A stretch of DNA of 55,598 nucleotides, filler included, from Sphacelaria rigidula (lineage: Eukaryota), in NCBI GenBank assembly GCA_964200075.2. It is 5 parts of 5 records of this genome, joined end to end, with 100 filler letters (N's around TTAATTAATTAA, not from the genome) between each part and the next. Parts side by side here need not be neighbours in the genome. Positions count along the whole stretch, not along the records: positions 22,283 to 33,321 come from CAXNAA020005492.1; positions 33,422 to 44,460 come from CAXNAA020005493.1; 3 more parts are not named here. One strand, given 5' to 3'. Shown one piece after another: positions 23,253 to 36,500 of the stretch. A program made the position numbers and the translations under genes. The first letter of the stretch is position 1. Each line of letters starts with the position of its first letter. Below the pieces are notes generated by a model. It had not been told where the DNA came from and did no database searches. It saw only the letters and a list, made by a program, of their open reading frames with translations.

Positions 23253-26200
23253 TATACGCGGAGAAAAGTACAACACACATCGACCGAGATACCATAATAC
23301 TACGTTTTGCAAATTTTGGGCTCACCAAAATGATATGATGTACCTACCCTTGGGGGGGGGGGTCGTGAGTTCTAGCCCATGGGACGCGTCGCCCAAACCT
23401 TAAAAAATCAATAAAACGGTCTCGGGGGGCAAACTCCTCTTTACCGTGGGTGAGGCCCGACTGCACAGCGACAGCAGCACACCAATAATAGTGAGTTATC
23501 CGCCCAAGGAACGCTAAACGATGAGGACATCAGAGTCCTCGTACTCGTGAGCTCGGATTGGACGGCATGCAGCTACGCGTGACATGTTTTCCTGTTCATA
23601 TTTATCCGATATATGACTATCAAACACGAACGATCAAGTCTACATATTGAATGGCCTCGATCTTCGAGAGACAACTGTAGACTTCTGAAGGTAAGTCTCG
23701 ACGTCGTTCGTGGACGGTCCGACGCCAAGGAGTTTCCTTATACCGTAGGGTTGGCGGGAACTGGGGTCGGAACCTTCTGTTCATGTGTCATACAAAGTCA
23801 TCTCATGGTTTCGCAATTGTGAAATATGACAAACATTTGTGGGATTTTCCCCTCTTGTGTGTAGTAGTATCTGCACTTCTTGCACGTGATGAATTCTGCT
23901 GTGTTATTCTCTGTTCAGGCTTCGATGTACTGACTGTTGTTTGAATACAGTATGTGTACAAGAGTAGTTCAGTCGTGACGTGAAGCTGGTATAGTTGAGT
24001 TGTTCGAAACGATACAATTGAATGCCGGGCGTATCATACAATTATCCCGACTAGTTCTACGTTCACTTGATGTGTTTACGTCCACCACGCACCCACCCAG
24101 ATGTAACCCATCAGCCGATGCCCTAGGGGCTGCGAATTCCACCACCTGGCTGAGTTTGAACAGTTGTTCAATTCGTATACTACACTGCACTCAGGTCAAG
24201 AGTCGGGACTATTGCATGTCATCACCGCTCGGCGCCTCGACCAGTTGGGTTTACGCCGAAGCAACGACGTCCCAACCTAGCCCACAGAAACCAGCATTGT
24301 TCGTGCTGTGCGCCTATAAGGTCTTGAACCGGTGGGACAGCGCAGCGCACACCCTACATAGATCTGCTGCTCAGACTGTATGCTAACCTGACATCAACCG
24401 TGCGTCGTGCACATGCCTCGGCAGAGCTGCCCTCTTCGTCGCCCCACGCTGTCCGTCGAAAAGAAGAGTTATCGCACGGAGCCGTGCTACACCTAGTGAG
24501 CCTGCTCCTCGGTTGGATAGCCTGACTGCGCTTGTGTCTTTTTTCGGCACTGGTGCGGTTGCCAAGAGCAGTCGACTTCGTCGACGTTGCTGCCTCCAAT
24601 CTCGCCTGCGCTCGCTTTGCGGACTGCAGGGGCAAAATTCCTTTTTTCCCAAACAACCTACTTGATGCCGCACAGATTTTTGGCGGGTACTTCGGATGAG
24701 CGAGACGGTCGAGGAACGATGACAGCTCGGTGCCGGCAGTCGTAATTGTTGTCGGGTGCTGCGCAGCAGTGGTAGATTCCGCTGACTCTAAACTAGATCT
24801 ATGTAGGTAGTTCGTGGTCTGCCTACCCGAGTCCCTGCTGCCGGGCATCAGCGCCCACGAGTTGGTGGCCATGAAACGTGGTCGAGATGAAAGCGTTGGT
24901 CCCGGTACATGATACCATGTTTCCAGATCCTGGCCATTCAAGGACGTGAGTTAGAAACGATTACACGCGTATACTGTTATCCAGGATACCAGGGAACGGG
25001 AGGAGACTCGCCCGCGCGAACCCAAGTTGAGCGCCTGCACACCTCATCGACATTCGTATGAGAGCAAAGTGGGTGAACCTGGACAAATAGGGTGCTTCGT
25101 TGCCACAGTACAAGCCGGTACAGTGGCAACCGTACAGCAAATGTTCATGTTCCTTGTGGCAGGCAGCACAGTCATGATGTATCTACCTGCACGTCCTTCG
25201 GCCGCCGCGACGAAATACATGTACTAGATTGAGCCGACCACGGAGGTGGAAACATAACCAAGGCACGCTTTCGGCTGTGATTTCGCTCTCGGCCGCAAAT
25301 CACTCTATCTCGAACTCGAAGCCTTATCGCGTAGGGCGGCAACGTTGAGCGGTGAGCGCGTCCATCTTTGTTTCCACGACTTTTCGTATGTAGGCGTTTC
25401 AACAGTGTGTTTCGAATTCCAAAATCAAATTGCGGCCATATTTTGTCGAACCACCCCCGTCAGTCTACACGAGCCGGGCTATTGGGGGAAAATGGAAGGA
25501 AACCGCACTAGATTGTGTCCATTTGAGAGTAAGGATGGATAGTATTGAATTTCGATATGACTGTGCATTACAACGGTAACGACAAGGAGATTATCCGATG
25601 CTTTGGCTAGTCGCCATCTGTCGGCGGGCCGTTGGAACAGACTCCCACGACGGGTCTTACCGTCATATTGTGAGGCGAATGTGGACGCTAAAGGACCCGC
25701 TGTGCTGTGGGTGCGGGGGGTTGACCCATTTTGTAGGGGCCCAAACAGCACAACTACAGAGCCATGAGTGACAGGTGAGCTCAGCTAAATTACCGCTCGA
25801 TCAATGCTTTATATAATCCCTTGTTTATCCTGGCCCGTGTACTTCTATCCTGGTTATATGTTTTTGCCTATCAATGCGATACTCACCTCTGCTATCTGTG
25901 TGTTCAAATCCCCTGTGCTTGTGCCGTCGGCCCTGTTCCGTCATGTGGTTAAACACAGTGATGATGATGTCCCTATCTCGGAGCTGACAGCATCAGCCAA
26001 GGTATTTATTCTTTGCACATGAGTAGGAACTAATTGGTAGATTCGGATGAAGGAACTGTTTTCTAGGTCGATCGGGGGCAATCTTCTCAGTTCCGTACCC
26101 TATTCCTAGTCGTTACTCCTGTCCTATATGGTCCTACAGTGTACAGTACAACAACAGTAGAGTATGGTACAGAACTACACGGTTGTATTACAGATGTTTC

Positions 26201-27939
26201 ACATATCAAGGATCCAAGTGGTGGGTATGACGTACATTAACTAGGCGTACTTCACGCCGAGGACCCCGAAGGCCATGCGCAGACTGCGGCGCTAGGGAGC
26301 AAGAAGTCTACTCTGCACTCCTCCCGGGTGGGAGTGGCGGTCGTGAGAGCGATATCGTGACGATCATGATCGCGAGCAGAAAATCGAGTCTGGAGACTCG
26401 TCGGTACACAAATCAAGCCGCGCCTTGGCGGGAGGTCGGAATAGGGAGCTTGAGGGTACGGAGGCGATACATGTGCATACATTGATGGGCCTCTTTTTTT
26501 TGTCAGCGTATGAGTTGGCGGTTTGGTCTACAGGGGCGTAGATCGATTAGCTCAAGTACCAGAGCAGGCACGACGACAGTGCCAGGGGTGAGGTCTATGA
26601 CGCCGTGGGGAGTTTGGTTGAGGACCCCGACGGCGGCAGGAGGGCTCATTCTATCCCAATACGAACACTACATCAATCGCTGGAGGGAAAATTATATTCA
26701 AATTACCATAGGGTCGATCCACGATCAGACAGATCAGTGCTGTTCACATGGATTTTGTACGATGAAACGATAAAATGTATTCAAACTAGATATTCAGGGA
26801 AAATTCCGAGTCCGGGATCGGAATTTGAACAATAGTGGATAACAACCACTGTGCACATGTATCACGTCAAATTTGATGTGGTGTGGAAGCCACCTGATAA
26901 TAATTATCAACCCGAAAATCGATTCCACGACATCAAAGTAGTGGAGATTGACCTGACGTGTATGGAAATCGAGTCACACCAGCCTGTGCAAATGCTGGAA
27001 AAATTGGCAGTTGCGACCGACGTGTCTTGAATATTTTCGACCTATACGCGGGAGATGTGGCCGGAAGTGAGGAGCTGTCTGCCTAACCGAACATTGATCA
27101 GCACTACAGTACAGCTTAACTCCGGGTATCCTAGTATATCTCTCCGTCCCCAAGGGTTTTGTCATTCGTAAGTTACAGGCAGAAAAACGGTGGGTAAGAC
27201 CCCCCTCAACATATTTCGACATTTTTTTTTTCGGCCCTGCGGTGGGAACGGTGGGAGGCTGCCATGAATGAATAGGATAGGACAACATGCTTTTGTCAAC
27301 ATCTCTCCCGTCCCGAGGGGCATCGTCCTTGGTACCGTACAGTGCCAAAACGTCAAATATCACTTCTTTTGCGCATATTTGAGATGAAACGATTCCCCGA
27401 GGATGATATCTGGAGGTGTTGTAATTGATTACTGGCGCAAGGTGTGAGCTTTCCAGCGATGCCTTTCCGGTCCCGATAGACATCGTCATTAGTACGTTTC
27501 GGGACAAAACGATAGATAATAGCCCCCTGAATGTACTTGGAAAGGAGATTACTCATTTTATCCCTAGAATGGGAAATGGCCATGTACCAATACGAGCTGG
27601 CTCACGCTGGTCACCCAAAATTCACTCATTCGCAAATGCTCACGCCGATTGTTGGAGTTAGATTATGAAAAATTGCACGCATATGTTATGGACCACGAAA
27701 CTCTCCCCGGTTCGGATGAATCAGAGTTCGTACGGACTGACTCCCCATGAATATTGAATGCGAATCATGTACCAAAGAGTCATCCGATATGAATCACGGA
27801 TGGTAAAATTTAGTGTTCAAGATCATACCGCACGAATCACGAACTGAGAACGTGTACACTCCAAGAAGTATCAGACGAATCAAGAGTGCGAAATATGCAC
27901 GAATCACAACTCCTGCACGATTCGTGGGTGGGAAACATG

Positions 27940-28975
27940 TACGTATGATTGATCTCGTATGGATGGAAGGTGAGGAACATGTACGCACGATTCATGCTGC
28001 ATGAACGGAAATAGGGAAATATGACCGCTTGATTCACCTCGTATGGATGAACGGTGCACAAGATGTGCCAATGATTCATGCTGCATGGATGAAAGGGGAG
28101 ATACATGTACGCTTGATTCACCTCGTATGAATGAAAGGTGGAAAACGTGTGTACCTATTTTTGATGCTCACGGACGCAAGGTGGAAAACATGTACATGAA
28201 TCACGCGATTCATGCTGTATGAATAATGGAAGATAAACAGCTAGAAAAATCACTGTTGTGCCATGCTGTACCGTACTGTCCGCGAACTGCAGAGTACGCT
28301 GCCGGATTTTCCCGAAAATCCCCGCGAGCATGCGAGGACGGCTCGTGCTCGTGCTGTGTTCTTCGCAAGTATTCGTGGTATCGTACACAGTATTTATTAG
28401 GTCGCTGTACCACAGAACACACCATGAAACCACAAAGGCTGTCAATAGCATGACTCGGGGAGATGCACTGGCTCTAGTAACCGCTCTGGGCACGCAGATG
28501 TGTGTGTTGTACTACAGTTGATGTGTTACGTGTGAGTGAAAAAAATGAATTTGGGTTTATTGCGGAGTTGGCTCTCGGGGGATACGCGACCTATACGCTC
28601 TTATCTGCTCACCCCACTTGCAAAAGGTTGCGCCACCGGAGTCGCGCCCCATGAAATGACAGGTAGGAAACAACATGCTCACATGATTTATATCGTATGA
28701 ACAGAAGGTGGAGAACATGTACGCATGGTCACGCTGCATGAATGAAGAGTGGGAAACCTATACACTTGATCCATCTTGTATGAACGAAAGGTAGGGAACA
28801 TATTTACGTATGGTTCATGCTGCATGAACGGGAATCGGGTATCATGTACGCTTGATTGACCTCATATGGATGGAAGGTGAGGTACGTGTACGTATGATTC
28901 ATGCTGCATGAACGGGAATTGGGTATTATGTACGCTTGATTCTCCTCGTATGAATGGAAGGTGAGGTACAAGTAC
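27940..28975. repeat. Two clusters of diverged ~85-bp tandem repeats (probably transposon subterminal repeats)
   Basis: Unit gattcacctcgtatggatgaaggtgaggaacatgtacgcatgattcatgctgcatgaacgggaat..tatgtacgctt at about 27945-28225 and 28670-28975. gaatcacgaa motifs flank it at 27790-27910 and 29800-29960. Confidence 0.8.
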
Positions 28976-30243
28976 TCCCTCTGTCCCACAAGATAAGCCC
29001 GTTTGGAACATCTCATTGGATAAGTCCGTGGTCAAAGATTGCGATAATGTACCCAATATAGTTGTTTTCGACATACGGACCTCCAACATGTGTTCCACAC
29101 ATGTTTGCCATCATGAAAACAAAAAAGCCCGAGGGGATCACATGTTAACATCCCCGGCGTGAAATAATCGCAAAGTGGGCTTATGTAGTGAGATTTTCCG
29201 AAGAATAGCCAGAGTTTTGGCAGAACTTTGACTCAATGTGCGATACGGGGGGTACAGAGAACCTTTTTTTCGATGCTCAGACCCACGGTAGTGTGTTTCG
29301 AGGTGTTGGAGACATGTGTGAGAACAAGAAGACCCTCCAGTCCCGGGGACAACATGATATTGTCCCCGGGATGGGCGCGTATACCCCCGAATCCGGTATG
29401 CGTGCTCAAAGAGTGCTGTGGTGGCGGCAGACTGAAAAATGACGGTTTCGGGCGGTTCTCCGCAACGCCTCGGGAACCATTGGAAAAACCGTTTCTCCAA
29501 AAATCGATGGGAAGGCTGTCAACCGGTAGATTCCGGTTGTGCACTACCGACACACTCTGATCGCCGTGAGTGTAGCTGCTGCTTGTCTAGTGGGGACTCG
29601 GCAAGAGCCTCGGTTTTGAGTCATGTTCCAAAACTCCACGAGAACAACAACAAAATCGCTCGGGATAAGCCGAAAATACGCACGAGAAATGCGGCAAAAC
29701 CTACCTCCAAACAGGCTTGTCTTGAGGGACAGAGGAAGCACCTGTTATTCACGCCATGCAAATGAAAGGTAGGAAACGTGTATCTTTGACGGTGTACCGT
29801 ACGAATCACGAACTTGGAATGTGTATTCTTCAAGTGGTGTCGTACGAATCACGAACCTGTAACATGTAGAAATCACGCTTGTGTACGAGTCGTATGATTG
29901 ATTCGTCCAAATGTTGAATGTGAATCGAATCACGAATTTTATATGTCAAAGCCGTGAATCTCTTAATGGATGGGGTCTTTCAATTTTTTGTTCCCGCTAG
30001 GTATCGGAGATCCCAGGGTTTTGGTTTTTTTGAGAGTTCACATGCCCTTTTGGGACCACCAACAGCTGGCGAAGAAAACAAGAATCGAAAGACCCCACTC
30101 CCGTGATTTATTTTTCGTAGTATATGTGGGCAAAGGTTTAGGATCTAACCCCTAGAATCGGCGTAAAAAATTGTGCTCTTTTGCGGTGAAGTGAGCTTGA
30201 AACTTGAGACATATTTTAACGTTCAAACGAGAACAACTGCGTG

Positions 30244-30827
30244 TGGGCGTCGACGGATTTCTACTCATGACATGCACTGAAGACCCATGAAGCCTCCAGA
30301 CAGTTTCCCTTACACTGCCGTAGAGAAGCTCAGATCGCCCTCAAACTTGGCAGTTCGGTATGTATTGATGCTCCAAATGGAGACATGTATTCTTGGAAAT
30401 ATTTCAAAATATCTCCGCTGTTGGTCAGCTTCCGGGGGTCCAGGCATGGAGACCTGACCGTTTCGCTGCGTTGACAGAGTCACAGTTCTCGAGTTACGTC
30501 AAGAAACTTTGTACAGGTGTTCTTCGGGCTACCCCGAGAAGCGTGCATATTTCAAAATTATATGTTGAGACATTCCTTTCCGGCTTTCGCTCCTAACTTC
30601 TCAAAGTATGAGGTCGGGTCTTCATGCCTGGACCCCCGGAAGCTGACCAACAACGGAGATATTTTGAAATATTTCCAAGAATACATGTCTCCATTTTAAG
30701 CACCAATACATACCGAACTGCCAAGTTTGAGGGCAATCTGAGCTTTTCTACGGCAGTGTAAGGGAAACTGTCTGGAGGCTTCATGGATCTTCAGTGCATG
30801 TCATGATTAGAAATCCGTCGACGCCCA
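30244..30827. repeat. Long near-perfect inverted repeat (216-bp arms, ~152-bp spacer); fold-back element
   Basis: 30244-30459 is the reverse complement of 30612-30827, with about 10 substitutions by eye and no indels seen. Confidence 0.95.
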
Positions 30828-31473
30828 AACCCGGCGTCACCAAAATGCCACGGTTTGGGGTATAATTCGATTCCATAGTACCCGTTTTCGAATGTTTCTT
30901 CAGTTGGATTTTCGAGCCGATGGTTACTATGATCATAAGCATGTGGAGATTGAGTAGGAATACTATTGGGATTTCATGTTTTTATAATATTGAATTTCAA
31001 AACGACTGGAGAGCCGCTGATTGGTGGAGGTACGTTTTTGCCCTTAGCGCCACCGCTATGGCCTTGGACAAAAATGCGGATATCTTACGCTCTCCAGTTG
31101 CTCATGGCGGCAAGTATGATACCATGTATGCGAACATTGGATATGTATACGAAATGATTTTGCTCATGAATATAGTCGGGTGATGAGCGTGAACCAGCTC
31201 GTATTAACCGCCATCGATTCAGCAGAGGTTTATTCTAGCAATGCGCGGTGACATTAAGAAGTCGCCAAAGTTTGCCGATTTGTTCAGCACAGCTTTAACA
31301 CACTGTGCTGCGAAGGCAAGCTCGCGGGCTGCACAGCGAGTTGTTATGACCGTTCGTCTGTGCATCCTGTTTCTGCATCATCCATCACCTACTTCAGGCC
31401 CGCACAAGCGTTAGCTGTCCCCCTCATTCCCGATCGACTCCGCTGTACATGCTCGTTTCTCTATTCCTTCAAG

Positions 31474-32553
31474 GCTGCCAGCAATTCGACGTCACCTCCC
31501 TCCGCCGACAGCGATGACGAACTTTCGCTGGCGGACCTGAAGAAGAAGGTGGGTCGGGTGTTTGTGTGCCGACTCTGACTAGCTCACCAGCTGCTGCGCG
31601 CACCCGGCGACTTTTTGCACGGGGTACGGTTGTGCATTTTCGTTTGAGTAAGTCCAACTCCCACCTAGTACTCTCTACCCGCAATCTAGCTGTGTGGGGG
31701 AGATGTGCGTTTGGAAGTACATTCTGCTTTTAAAGCGTACACCAGCTGTAATGGCTACCGACTCCAGTAGCACGATTGCAGCCTCAGGCCACTCCGTTCA
31801 ATTCTGAACTTTCGGCTGTCGTAAACAAGCTCTCCGAGCTGCGTTTGGCAATAGGGTGTTGTACGATGGGCGGAGGTGTGGCAGATCAAAGCCATTGCTA
31901 ACATACGGTTCACCTTAGGTGAGAACTAAGCTTGCAGTGTTTTACGGAACACGTTTCACATGGTACACATTTTGTCGGGCCTGCAGTTGGCTGTTGGCTG
32001 CTGCGAGCACTAGCTTCAGGTGGTGCGATCTGGCTGGCGCATTTTCCTCTAGGGCCCGCGATTAAGGGTGTTTCACCATCCAAGTATTGGCTATCTGTTG
32101 CTGTTAAAAAGCCAACGTGGTGTAATTTTGTCGTCTGCAACATGTGTGATTTTGATCTAGCTTCATGCTACCCCAGTGTACTCGATATGTATTTTGAATT
32201 CGAAGCACACAATGGTACACCCGCGAAAACTGATGAATCGTGTCATGTCTCTTTTCACGCAATAATCTCGTCATGTCAACCATCATTCGTGTTCCCTTCT
32301 GGTCTTACCCGTTCATCGCCATGTCTTTCCACTGCGATTACGTGTTTTGCATCACTATGAATTGGTGGGTAAATGTGGAATGCAGGCGGCAAAAGCGAAG
32401 ACTAAACCGGCAGCAAAGGCGAAAGCTACTCCCGCCAAGAGCAAGGCGGCGAAAACAGTAACGAAGAAGTCGGCCAACAATTCCACCGCTTCTGCCAAGA
32501 AGGCCGGCACGAAGGCGGCGAAAAAAACGCCAACCTCCAAAACGAAATCAGCG
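31474..32553 (+). CDS. Two exons of a Lys/Ala-rich (histone-H1-tail-like) protein, partial
   Basis: AG|31474-31548|GT encodes AASNSTSPPSADSDDELSLADLKKK. CAG|32386-32553|GTGAG encodes AAKAKTKPAAKAKATPAKSKAAKTVTKKS...KTKSA. Both are phase 0. No H1 globular domain is visible, and the gene runs off the contig. Confidence 0.7.
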
Positions 32554-33321
32554 GTGAGGGACCTTGAAACATACCGATTGCTCTACTGTTAAGTCACCGC
32601 GCCCGCCTGAATATGTTTTGTTTATTGCTGTCGTTCCCTCTGGTCTGCATATTCCTCGAGAAACCGACAGTGTACCATGCGTAGGGAGAAAACAATTTCA
32701 TTTTTTTTTACCCATTTTCTTCCTTCCTAACGAAGGAGATAATCCCTTTTTTCAAAATCCCCTTTCTGAAAAACGACCGGTGCTTGGTCGCTGCGATAGC
32801 CCCCCCCCCCAAAAAAAATCCTCAACGTGCACAGGAATCCCCTCTGGAGAGGGAATTCTGTGCACCTCGAAGGGGAACATTTATGTCCCGTTGACAGGGG
32901 CACATGCAAAGGCTTACCACACAACCCAACACAATCACAGCTGAACCTGAGGAACTTCATGGCCCCGCAAACCAAAAACACACAGCTCAAGCCGTAGCTG
33001 CTCATCATCTCTGCACATTGTGCGTGACCTTGCTCAAATCCTTTCAAAATCCATTGAGAAATGATGATTTGTGTGAGACGCGCGCGCAGCACACGCATAC
33101 AAAACTGTCAGCAACGACAAGTTTTCGGTTGTTTTTGACACGCAGGCGGCCGCCATTCGTCCCATACAGAACGGATTTTCGTGAAACAAAAACTGCCGTG
33201 TGTAGATTAGCAAGGGCTAGCGGTGAAACCAATGCGCGTGAGTGCTGGGTGTCTGTGCGTGTTTTTTCGGGGCTGGGTGTGTAGGTGTTGTGTTGCTTTG
33301 TTGCGTGATGTCTGCAGCATT

Positions 33322-33421
33322 NNNNNNNNNNNNNNNNNNNNNNNNNNNNNNNNNNNNNNNNNNNNTTAATTAATTAANNNNNNNNNNNNNNNNNNNNNNN
33401 NNNNNNNNNNNNNNNNNNNNN
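33322..33421. other. Artificial contig linker
   Basis: Same spacer. Confidence 0.97.
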
Positions 33422-33586
33422 AGAGCTTGCGACCTGCGTCCCCGACAACGCAGAGCACTGCCAGCGATCGCTTTCTCACAAACAAGCTCTTTACACCCCC
33501 CAGTGGTCACACTCTTCTCCACCGCGTCCTCTGTTACCGTCAAACACCAATTCCAACCGACAACAACTACAACCAACACCAGGAAC

Positions 33587-36500
33587 ATGGCACCTACGAC
33601 GGTCAACATCTTGCCCCTCCTGGCCCTACTTCTCACCCCTGCAACTCACGCCTTCGTGGCCCCTGCTAACACTCGCGGAGTATCGCTGATGGCCACTCTC
33701 CAGCGGCCGGCGGCCGCGTCCACCACAACGCTGTCGTCGGCCCGTACAGCACCACTGCGATCCACCTCTTCCGCTGCAGTAGTTCGCATGGCCGCGGATA
33801 CCAATGCTGCCGCCGAAACACCCGCCGCGGAGACTACCGAGCAGACAGTGGCAAGACTCCGCGAGACGGCCGCAGCGCTACGCTCGCAAGCTGTCGAGCT
33901 CGAGAGCAAGCGCGAACAAGAACGCCGCGCCGGCGCCGACCGCTCTTTCAATACCTTCGACTCCAATAACGACGGCACCGTGGACGTGCGAGAGCTGCAG
34001 GCTGGCCTGGTGAAGCCTCTGCGTCGGAGCTTCACCAAGCAGCTCACGGCACGTATGGGTCGCAAGCCCAGCGAAGAGGAGGTAGACGCCCGCATCGCCG
34101 AGCTCCCAGGAGGGACGCTGTTTCCAGAAGACCTGGCCCGGAAGCTCATTGCCGTGTACGACCAAAACAGCGACGGTGTGTTGCAGCAGTCCGAATTCGC
34201 GCCTACCGAGGAGCTCCGCATGAGACTTGAGAACATGTTCCGCGAGCAACGGGAAGAGGAGCGCTTGGTTAGGGTGGCGGAGCGGGAGCGGGAGATGGCG
34301 GAGAAGCTCGCGGCCGAGGATGGGGTGTCGGGAGATGTGGTTCTACGTGACGTTGAGGTGAACAACGGCGAGCCGACATCGACGGACAGGGCGTTGTCGG
34401 CGCTGGCGTACCTGTTGCCGCTGGTGGACGGGATGTCGTACGCGGGGCACTTGTTCACGTCGCACCCGGAGCAGATGGCTGTATTGCAGCCATTGGCGGC
34501 GGTGTTGCTGGCTGTCCGGTCGTTACCGTTCGCGATGCTGATCGGCTTCTTCGGGCTGTCGTCGTTGAGCAACAACCCTCAGATCAACAAGCTCGTGAGG
34601 TTCAACATGAGACAGGTGAGAGCTTGTGCTTGGTTGGGTTGATGTTTACGGTTGTGATGGTACGTGTGAGGGTCAGGGCTGTAGCTGCATTGGCATTCAC
34701 GTTGCCTGCCTTGTCGTTGCCTCTCCCCCACATATTCCCCCCCGCGCACGTCTCTGTGTTGTAGTAGTCAAAACACAATGCTATCACTAGTCGGTATCAA
34801 ATGATATTGTCGAGTTTGTAAAACAAAATCGACGTCGATCGGTGTCTACATGGGTTTCGGTGATCCTGTTCGTTGTAGATGTGTCATTTCGCAACACAGA
34901 CGTGTTTCATTTGCCGTGCAGTAGTGTAGATTGAAGAGCAAGAACTCACGCGCTGCACAGTTCGTCTCAAAGGCCGTCGGTGTATTTCCAAAGATGGATC
35001 CGGGGTGGCACCCGGCGAACCACATCAGTAAACGCCACCCTCGTCGAGCACGCACAGAGGTTGGTCATGATACGAAAGGGTACGTTGCCAACGGACGAAC
35101 CCTCCCGATATGTACAGCCGGTGATCACACCTCATGGAACTTCCCTCTTCGAATGTCTGACGTGGTTAGACTGCCATCGCCGTCCCCGTCCAACCCTCGC
35201 GTTACGATAGACATCGTATCCCACGGGGTCCTCACGCATCCCTTGTCAAGTTTTTTAATCGTATCCTCCGATAATACGGGAGATGCTACATGTGACCTGT
35301 AATACAAATGGATCGGATGTACGGATTCGAGGAAGTGATCCAGATCACCTCTGCGGACTGAACGTCCCGACATACGTCCGGATGTCTGTATAGTTTCCGC
35401 AACTAGTCACATCTTCTCTCGACGGGTTTCGTATCTCGTCGGCGAGGTGGTGTATCCGGGAAGGAATGCACATACTGTCGACGTCGCACGGATACCATTC
35501 AGTTTTCGGCGCGATTCAATCAACAACGTTTACATGTTCTTGTCCAGTGTTGGAATGTGAACACTGAGCATTGAAGAATGCATGAGATCCACGCGGTGAC
35601 TCACTGTTCTGCGAATGCCTAGTACTGTGCATGTAGCGTCAGCGTATCGGAAGCGAATCGCTGAAATTACTGCACCGCACCCCCGTAATGATAACGACTG
35701 TCGAACAAAAATGGACCTTCGATTTTTTCCGCCACCATTCTTCCCTCAAAGATATAGACCACTGCACAGCCCAACTACTTCGAACCGTCCGTGCATTCTT
35801 GATCGCGACATACGGCCGGAACGAAACAATGGCAGATCTCTGTCTCGCCACTTTGATGCTTTCGACACCGATCTCATACGTGCTTCCTTGCCGTGATGTT
35901 ACAAGTCCGACAACTACTGCACCATTTGATCGAGAAATAGCAAGAAGTGGGACATGAGTTTTATTCATGTACTGAGTCTCGTGTCCTCTGCGAATTCCGT
36001 GTGATTTTTCCGAATGAGTTGCAGCAAAAGTACGTCCGGCTTAAGACGTGGTCTGTTGTAACTGATATTCCTGATTTGCTTGTCTCGGGGAGACGAGCAC
36101 TCCGCTATCCTCGCTAGTCTTATTTGGAAAGTCCACATACATGCTGGGCGAGAGCACTATCGGAGGCGAAATGTTTTGAGGAAGAGTTCCATGGGGTTTA
36201 TTTCGAAACCAAAACCCACTCTCCATTTTGGTCTTTTCCGGGGAGTATGCGCTAGGTATGCACCGTCGAGCCGACCTCTTCAAGCGGAAAAACACGCGAA
36301 TCTGTCACTTTCAAGCCGAAAGGTCACGAACTACCGACGGCATTTCGAATCCGAATTGGGAGTGTAGATGATCCGCGGAAAAAGGAAGGAGCACGGATTG
36401 GATATCCAGCTTGGGCAAAACCGGATCAAGTCGGTCGAGTATAATATCAGATGGTGGCCCTGGTATATATCGACCCAATTTTGATGCTCTTCTCGACTTC

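Noticed and set aside
24354-24941. 195-aa ORF and nearby coding-looking stretches at 26560-27660 and 37690-38200
   Set aside because: No recognisable domain or consistent splice pattern. Possibly decayed transposon sequence, but I cannot support a family call.
27940-28975. CRISPR-like appearance (palindromic repeats at regular spacing)
   Set aside because: The intervening sequences are themselves homologous rather than unique spacers, the repeats are diverged, there are no cas genes and the context is eukaryotic.
33646-34575. 309-aa antisense ORF
   Set aside because: Shadow of the GC-rich Tic20 exon 1, with no recognisable protein features.
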